Part shown: in pieces, positions 58,257 through 64,000 of the stretch
How the letters are laid out: the number at the start of each line of letters is the position of its first letter
Numbering within the stretch: the first letter of the stretch is position 1
Assembly: GCA_964403045.1 (NCBI GenBank)
Contig: CAYOEP010000001.1
Location: 9,009 to 73,008 of the forward strand
Reading direction: 5' to 3'
DNA from: an uncultured Candidatus Saccharibacteria bacterium
GTDB taxonomy: Bacteria > Patescibacteriota > Minisyncoccia > UBA6257 > 2-01-FULL-56-20
DNA length: 64,000 nt
The notes under the pieces: generated by a model
What the model saw: the letters and a program-made list of their open reading frames with translations, nothing else
Told to the model about the DNA's origin: nothing
Databases searched by the model: none
Translations under genes and position numbers: made by a program

Positions 58257-60500
58257 TTATTCTAAAAGGTGGTCAGGGATATTTTCAAGGAAAACCTCGC
58301 GCGGCTTCGCGCCATCGCCAGGGCCAATAATATGATGCTCTTCCATAATATCGAGAAGGCGCGCGGCACGGGCATAGCCTATCCGCAGGCGCCGCTGCAG
58401 CAGTGAAGCGGACGCTTTCTTTGCTTGCGCGACGACCCGCACTGCTTCGCTATAGAGATCATCTTCCTCTTCGCCCTCCTCACGCCCAAGTGCGTCGAAA
58501 GAAATTTCCCGCGTGGCACCGGAGAGCGTTTCCTGCCCCTCCTGCGCTGCATCTTCTTCTTCGCTTTCCTCGTTGCCAAAGTAATCCGCGTTGTGCTCTT
58601 TAATAAAGGAGACAACCCTGCGCACTTCTTTCTCTGAAATGAAACTGCCTTGCACGCGGACTGGTTTTGAGGTTTTGGGCGAGAGGTAGAGGAGGTCGCC
58701 GCCCCCGAGGAGCTTTTCCGCCCCGCTCATGTCGAGAATGGTGCGGGAGTCGATTTGGCTGGCAACTTGGAGGGCGATGCGCGCGGGAATGTTCGCCTTG
58801 ATAAGCCCGGTGAGAATTTCCACTGAGGGGCGCTGGGTAGAGAGGATAAGGTGGATACCGGTCGCCCGTGCCATTTGCGCGAGGCGCACAATGCCTCCCT
58901 CCACCTCTTTTCCATGAGAGGTCATTAAGTCAGCAAGTTCGTCAACTACGATAACTACGTAAGGAAGCGTTCCCTTCTTTTTGGCAAGGTAAGAAGTAAT
59001 GTTCTGGCTTCCCGATTCGAGGAGGACATCATAACGCCGCTCCATTTCTTGAATTGCCCAGCGGAACACATTGAGTGCTTTTTTGCTTTCTGTCACGACA
59101 GGGGCGGCAAGATAAGGAATACCGCTGTAGAGCGAAAGTTCTACGCGCTTGGGGTCAACAAGAATAAGTCGGAGGGTCTGAGGTGTATGGCGGTAGAGGA
59201 GGGCGGTGAGAATAGAATGGATAACTACCGATTTTCCGCTACCAGTGGATCCTGCAATGAGAAGATGAGGCATTGTGCTGATATCGGGAAACAGCGGATT
59301 GCCCGCCACATCCCTTCCCAGCGCAAAGCTCAGCGGTCCTGCCTTTTGGAATTCGGGATAGCCGAGCAGGCTGCCGAGGCGCACGAGCGCTGCAGATCGG
59401 TTGGGTACCTCAATGCCCACGAGTGACTTGCCGGGAATTGGTGCTTCAATACGGATAGGGTGCGCCGCAAGCGCAAGCGCGAGATCTTTATGGAGCGCTT
59501 CAATGCGGGAGAGCTTAATTCCTTCCGCAGGCTTGAGGGTGTAGCGGGTGACTTTGGGCCCTACATTGATTTCTCCCATCTCCACTTGGATACCAAAGCT
59601 CTCCAAGGTACGCTTGATGACATTTGCATTCGCGCGCAGGTCGCCGGTAGTGGGCCGCTCGTTGTTCGAGGAAAGGAGGGAAAGCGGGGGGAAAGTATAG
59701 TTGTCGAGGTTCTTTTTTGAAAAGAGCGAGGAGAGCAGAGTCCCTTTCCCGCTTTTTGCGCTTCCGCCGCGCCGGGATTTGGAGGTAGGTGATACTGGCT
59801 TCTCCGCTTCGTCGTTGTCTTCATCTTCTTCATCTTCTTCTTCCTCCTCTTCCTCACTTTCTTCTTCTTCGCTTTCTTCCTCTTCCTCTTCGTTTTCGTT
59901 TTCTTCCTCTCTCTCTTCGCCTTCTTTCTCTTCGCTGTTTTCTGTTGCGGCGGTGCGGCTCCTATGTGATGGCGCGACGAGATGTGTGATGCTTTTTCCG
60001 ATAATTCTGAGGAGCGGCGCGAGCTTCAGCGGCGTGTTGAGCGCAGCAAGAAGGGAAATAAGGGAAATGGCGGCGAGAATGAGCAGCGCCCCTGTCGTGC
60101 CGAAGGGAGCGCGGAGGGAGCTGCCGAGCATTTTGCCGAGAATGCCGCCATTGTGCGGTGAGAGCAGCTCAATGGCGGCGAGAATCGACAAGAAAAGTGC
60201 GACAATTCCCCAGAACGCGATGCCAAAAAGACGCTCGTGCCGTTCCAGAAACAGCATTAGTGCGAGCGCGAGGAGTGCGAGGGGAAGAAAAAGGAACCCG
60301 ATGCCGAGCAGTGTGTGGAATCCATTCGCAATTGCGGATCCTGCCGGTCCTGCATTCCCTGTCCATGCCAAGACAAGTAGCGCAGCAGCCGCGGCGAGCG
60401 CTACCGCGGCAATACTCCTTTTCGTCTCTTCGCGGAGCACGCTCTCGCTCCGCCGTCGCTGCCTTCCGAACAGCCGCCACCGTCGTGATGTTTTTGCCAT
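58257..60500 (-). CDS. ftsK: DNA translocase FtsK/SpoIIIE
   Basis: 4 TMs, acidic linker, 'PHLLIAGSTGSGKS', 'DPKRVEL', 'DELADLM', gamma domain 'LQRRLRIGYARAAR'. Confidence 0.96.
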   Translation of the reverse strand: MAKTSRRWRLFGRQRRRSESVLREETKRSIAAVALAAAAALLVLAWTGNAGPAGSAIANGFHTLLGIGFLFLPLALLALALMLFLERHERLFGIAFWGIVALFLSILAAIELLSPHNGGILGKMLGSSLRAPFGTTGALLILAAISLISLLAALNTPLKLAPLLRIIGKSITHLVAPSHRSRTAATENSEEKEGEEREEENENEEEEEESEEEESEEEEEEEDEEDEDNDEAEKPVSPTSKSRRGGSAKSGKGTLLSSLFSKKNLDNYTFPPLSLLSSNNERPTTGDLRANANVIKRTLESFGIQVEMGEINVGPKVTRYTLKPAEGIKLSRIEALHKDLALALAAHPIRIEAPIPGKSLVGIEVPNRSAALVRLGSLLGYPEFQKAGPLSFALGRDVAGNPLFPDISTMPHLLIAGSTGSGKSVVIHSILTALLYRHTPQTLRLILVDPKRVELSLYSGIPYLAAPVVTESKKALNVFRWAIQEMERRYDVLLESGSQNITSYLAKKKGTLPYVVIVVDELADLMTSHGKEVEGGIVRLAQMARATGIHLILSTQRPSVEILTGLIKANIPARIALQVASQIDSRTILDMSGAEKLLGGGDLLYLSPKTSKPVRVQGSFISEKEVRRVVSFIKEHNADYFGNEESEEEDAAQEGQETLSGATREISFDALGREEGEEEDDLYSEAVRVVAQAKKASASLLQRRLRIGYARAARLLDIMEEHHIIGPGDGAKPREVFLENIPDHLLE

Positions 60501-60590
60501 CGTGCATTATTTTCCTACGAAACAGGCAGGGAAGCAACTATTCCAGTCGTGGGGTAGGCAGAGAATTTCTAATACGGTACACTAAGAAAA

Positions 60591-61379
60591 ATGGAACGGC
60601 GCGCTACAGACCAATCTCTGCGAAAAAAAGAGCTTATCGTTTTTGATCTTGACGGCACACTCGCGGAGAGCAAGTCGGCGATGGACGCCGAGATGGCTTC
60701 CCTGCTCAAGGATCTTCTTCATAAAAAAAAGGTAGCGGTGATTTCGGGGGGAAGGTTTTCCCAGTTTCAAAAACAATTCCTCGCCTCGCTGCGTTGCCCT
60801 CCCTCCCTGCTGGAGAAATTATTTCTCTTCCCCACAAGTTCGACCACGTTCTACCGGTTCCAAGAAGGGGAATGGAGGCAGGTATATGCAGAAAGCCTTA
60901 CCGAGGATGAGAAGCAAAAAATTCGCCGCGCCTTTGCAGAAGCATTTCGCAGGACCTCTTATCGGCAGCCTGCGAAAATTTACGGAGAAGTAATTGAGGA
61001 CAGAGGAACGCAGATTACCTTTTCTGCACTGGGGCAGGAAGCGCCGGTTGCCGAGAAGAAAAAATGGAACAGCAAGCACGACGTGCGGGATGCGCTGATG
61101 GAAGTGCTCCGCGCGCAGCTCCCTGAGTTTGAGGTGCGGAGCGGGGGGCTTACCTCTATCGATGTGACACGCAAGGGAATTGACAAGGCATACGGTATTC
61201 GGCAGATCGTACGCCATACGGGTATTCCCTTGGAACAGATGCTGTTTGTGGGTGATGCAATTTATCCGGGCGGCAATGACTATGCGGCGGTACGGACAGG
61301 GATTGACTATGTGCGTGTTGCGGGCCCCGAGGAAACGAAAGCGTTCATCCGTGCCATCCTTGGTCGGGAGGAAAATTGA
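60591..61379 (+). CDS. HAD-IIB hydrolase, phosphomannomutase-like
   Basis: DLDGTL, 'ISGG', 'EDRG.QITFSALG', 'GG.TSIDV', 'FVGD..YPGGND'. Confidence 0.85.
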   Translation: MERRATDQSLRKKELIVFDLDGTLAESKSAMDAEMASLLKDLLHKKKVAVISGGRFSQFQKQFLASLRCPPSLLEKLFLFPTSSTTFYRFQEGEWRQVYAESLTEDEKQKIRRAFAEAFRRTSYRQPAKIYGEVIEDRGTQITFSALGQEAPVAEKKKWNSKHDVRDALMEVLRAQLPEFEVRSGGLTSIDVTRKGIDKAYGIRQIVRHTGIPLEQMLFVGDAIYPGGNDYAAVRTGIDYVRVAGPEETKAFIRAILGREEN

Positions 61380-61388
61380 CAGAGAAAG

Positions 61389-61901
61389 GTGCGGCACTCT
61401 ATAGTGGTGGCGATGGAGGAAAGATTTCAAAGCGCCGGAGGTGCGACGATGACGGGAAAAGAGGTGGTGCGCACGATTATGGAATTTATGCGCGCGGCGC
61501 CAAAGTTTTCCTACCGCATTACGATTGGCACTGATTCGGAGGTGGAGGGGGGCACAATGACTGAGTTTGTTACTGCCGTGGTGGTGCATCGGATTGGCAA
61601 TGGGGGAAGGTATTTCTGGCGGCGCACGCGCCTCGGCAAATTTCATACCGTCCGCGATCGCATTATTCAGGAAGTGCTCATTTCCCTAGAAGTGGCGAAA
61701 CAACTGTTGGGCGAGCTGGAGCATGCTGGAAAAGATGAGCTACTAGACTGGGAATTTGAAATTCATGCGGACATTGGCAGCAATGGAAAGACGAGTGCAA
61801 TGATTCGGGAAGTGGTGGCAATGATCCGCGCGAATAATTTTTCTGCTCGCACGAAGCCGGGAAGCTATGCCGCGAGCTGCGTTGCTGACCGCCACGTGTA
61901 A
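61389..61901 (+). CDS. RNase H-like YkuK (DUF458) family protein
   Basis: 'IGTDS', 'VTAVVVHR.G.GG..F', 'E...S', 'EIH.DIG.NG', 'KP.SYAAS.VAD'. Confidence 0.88.
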   Translation: MRHSIVVAMEERFQSAGGATMTGKEVVRTIMEFMRAAPKFSYRITIGTDSEVEGGTMTEFVTAVVVHRIGNGGRYFWRRTRLGKFHTVRDRIIQEVLISLEVAKQLLGELEHAGKDELLDWEFEIHADIGSNGKTSAMIREVVAMIRANNFSARTKPGSYAASCVADRHV

Positions 61902-61908
61902 GAGCAAT

Positions 61909-62487
61909 ATGAAAGGAGACACGCTGGTAGTCGATATTGAGACAAAAAATTTTTTCACTGACCCTGATGTGGGGTGGAACAACTTTGGCGCGCTCCAAAT
62001 ATCGGTAGTGTGCGTCTATTCGTATGCCGAGGATCGTTATATGTGCTTCGAGGAGGATGAGTATGAGAAGCTCGCTGATATCTTTCGCAGGGCGCATCGC
62101 ATCGTGGGTTTCAGCAGTAATCGTTTTGATGTGCCGGTGCTGCAGCACTACTTCCGCCGCGCGGGCTACGGGGATGAGTTGAATCTTTGGGCAAAAGAGC
62201 GGGTGGACCTCTTGGTAGAGATTGAATCTGCCATTGGATCGCGGGTGAGCCTGAACCTTCTTGCGTTCGCAAATCTGGGCGTGGGGAAAAGCGGCAAGGG
62301 ATCGGAAGCAATTCAGCTATACCGGAGCGGCCGTATCGAGGAACTGAAAAAGTACTGCGCCCGCGATGTGTGGCTTACAAAGGAGCTCTACGACCTCTAC
62401 CGGACACGCGGCCGCCTACTTGTACCCGAGAAGCGGACGGGCGAACTCATTGATGTCCCGTTGAGGCGCCCCGCGGCGGATAGATAG
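61909..62487 (+). CDS. RNase H-like (YprB/DEDD) exonuclease domain protein
   Basis: 'DIET', 'GF....FD.PVL', 'K.G.G..A..LY..G....L..YC..DV'. Confidence 0.85.
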   Translation: MKGDTLVVDIETKNFFTDPDVGWNNFGALQISVVCVYSYAEDRYMCFEEDEYEKLADIFRRAHRIVGFSSNRFDVPVLQHYFRRAGYGDELNLWAKERVDLLVEIESAIGSRVSLNLLAFANLGVGKSGKGSEAIQLYRSGRIEELKKYCARDVWLTKELYDLYRTRGRLLVPEKRTGELIDVPLRRPAADR

Positions 62488-62507
62488 GGCCCAAAGGAGA
62501 AAATCTT

Positions 62508-63740
62508 ATGGCAAAGCAACAGAGAATTTATCTTGATTATGCGGCAACCACGCCGATTGCTCCCGAGGTAGCGCGGGCGATGGCGCCGTACCTTTCTGAA
62601 AAATTTGGCAATCCCAATTCTCTGCACCAGTACGGTCAGGAGGCGCGCGCGGCGGTCGATGCGGCACGCGCCCGCGCGGCGGAAATTTTGGGCCTCGATC
62701 CGCTTGCGGGTTTTCGGGAGATAATCTTTACCGGATCAGCAACAGAAGCAAACAACCTTGCCTTACGGGGTGTGGTGCGCAAGGCACTGATGGACAATGC
62801 AGTGCCCCGCCCCAAGGTGTTGATTTCTGCAGGTGAACACAAGTCAGTACGGGAGACCGCGCTCGCGCTCCGTGCCGAGGGAGTGGAAGTTGCTTTTATT
62901 CCGCTTACCACGCGCGGGACAGTGCGGCTGGATGCGCTCCGCCAACATATCGACGAGCGGACTGTGCTGGTATCGGTGATGTATGTGAACAACGAGACGG
63001 GGGCTGTGCAGCCGATCGAGAAAATTGCTGCAATGGTGGCGGCAGTGCGCGCGGAAAAGAAGAACGGCTACCCTCTCTTCCATACCGATGCGGTGCAGGC
63101 ATTCCAGTGTTTTTCCTGCGGTCCCCGCGAGCTTGGCGTGGATATGATGACGCTCTCGGCGCACAAGCTGTACGGGCCGAAAGGGGTGGGCTTGCTCTAT
63201 GTCCGCCTCGCGCCTACTCCTCATGCCCGTGCGCTGGGGCCCCGCGCGGTGCTTGCGCCGCTTATCACAGGGGGAGGGCAGGAATTCGGAGTGCGGTCGG
63301 GGACAGAAAATGTGGCAGGTATTGTAGGGTTTGTGCGGGCGCTGGAGCTTGCGGCAGCACGGCGCGACAAAGCACGGCGGCACCTCGGGAAACTGCAGCA
63401 ACGATTCTGGGAGCGCCTCCGCGCGGCGATTCCCCACCTGCGGCGCAATGGGGATGCTGCAGGATCGCCGCATATCCTCAATATTACATTTCCCGCAGTC
63501 CGCGCTGAGGAGCTTGTGCTCCGACTTGACCTTGAAGGAATCGCAGTTTCTTCTGGGTCAGCATGCAGCTCACGGGCGGCGGAAGCATCGCATGTACTTG
63601 AGGCGATGGGACTCTCCCACGCGCAAGTACTGCGGAGCGTGCGTATCAGCTTTGGAATGCCCACTACTGCCCGCGAAGTTGACAGAGCAGTCCGCAGTAT
63701 TACAATGATTTTCTCCAAGAAGAAAGGCCGCAGTTTGTAA
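62508..63740 (+). CDS. iscS: Cysteine desulfurase (IscS/NifS type)
   Basis: 'IYLDYAATTP', 'FTGSATEANN', 'HTDAVQ', 'SAHKLYGPKG', 'SSGSACSS'. Confidence 0.92.
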   Translation: MAKQQRIYLDYAATTPIAPEVARAMAPYLSEKFGNPNSLHQYGQEARAAVDAARARAAEILGLDPLAGFREIIFTGSATEANNLALRGVVRKALMDNAVPRPKVLISAGEHKSVRETALALRAEGVEVAFIPLTTRGTVRLDALRQHIDERTVLVSVMYVNNETGAVQPIEKIAAMVAAVRAEKKNGYPLFHTDAVQAFQCFSCGPRELGVDMMTLSAHKLYGPKGVGLLYVRLAPTPHARALGPRAVLAPLITGGGQEFGVRSGTENVAGIVGFVRALELAAARRDKARRHLGKLQQRFWERLRAAIPHLRRNGDAAGSPHILNITFPAVRAEELVLRLDLEGIAVSSGSACSSRAAEASHVLEAMGLSHAQVLRSVRISFGMPTTAREVDRAVRSITMIFSKKKGRSL

Positions 63741-63755
63741 CTACCCACGCTTACG

Positions 63756-64000
63756 ATGAGGAAATTTCGCGCGATACTTTTTATCATTCTTCTCCTTCTG
63801 ATAGGGGCATGGCTGCTGGGAGGATCGGAAAGACAGGACACGCTTGCAGGGTTTTGGGGGCGGCTCCGCGAGGGCATTTCCCACTCGCTTGAATACCCCG
63901 CACCGCTTGAGAAAGATAACAATCCTTCTAATGCACAGAAGAAGACTCCAGCGCTTTCTCGTCCGGTAGCGGCATATGAGGATGCGGTGGTAAAGGCGGT
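63756..64000 (+). CDS. Partial membrane-anchored protein, possibly an HtrA/DegP N-terminus
   Basis: MRKFRAILFIILLLLIGAWLLGG...AYEDAVVKAV, open to the window end; the last motif resembles the segment preceding HtrA protease domains. Confidence 0.45.
   Translation, partial: MRKFRAILFIILLLLIGAWLLGGSERQDTLAGFWGRLREGISHSLEYPAPLEKDNNPSNAQKKTPALSRPVAAYEDAVVKA

Noticed and set aside
59800-59940. TCT/TCC low-complexity repeat and the poly-Ser ORF 59701-60585 (+)
   Set aside because: Antisense shadow of the Glu-rich FtsK linker
1-64000. Alternative genetic code (TGA=Gly) as in some CPR lineages
   Set aside because: Conserved genes are intact under code 11, and several (rpsO, pnp, xer) end at TGA at the expected length

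Overview
Chromosomal window of a small-genome bacterium, most likely Patescibacteria/CPR (Parcubacteria-like). This is inferred from the split VirB4/PrgI/VirB6 locus with VirB2-like pilins, the TrmB-type regulator, a short S1 protein and minimal metabolism. TGA is used as stop (code 11). Contents: a T4SS-like locus (0.4-10.9 kb); rsmA; a LysM/M23 peptidase; comM; a dksA-like gene; yraN; nusA; hppA; clpP; tyrS; an ABC exporter; ftsH; dsbA; dcd-glyA-folD; gyrA; a four-gene pilin array; a xer recombinase; rpsO-NYN-pnp; recA-rodZ-ftsK; a cysteine desulfurase; and 8 intact tRNAs. The strongest unexplained signal is a non-canonical parS-like 16-bp palindrome, TGTTTGTCGACAAACA. Five copies cluster at 16.1-16.26 kb interleaved with DnaA-box matches, at the point where gene orientation flips, and a sixth perfect copy lies inside folD. 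Together these suggest a candidate oriC plus centromere with a new specificity. Other highlights: tRNA-Ile(UAU); a ~168-nt structured ncRNA candidate; an integrase-less one-gene islet bounded by a 57-bp tRNA-Phe duplication; two orphan-gene islets sharing an AGACAGAAAG-SD leader motif; a DUF4735/C16orf89-like protein; and widespread leaderless-type promoters. All calls come from reading the sequence and recalled motifs; no searches were run.
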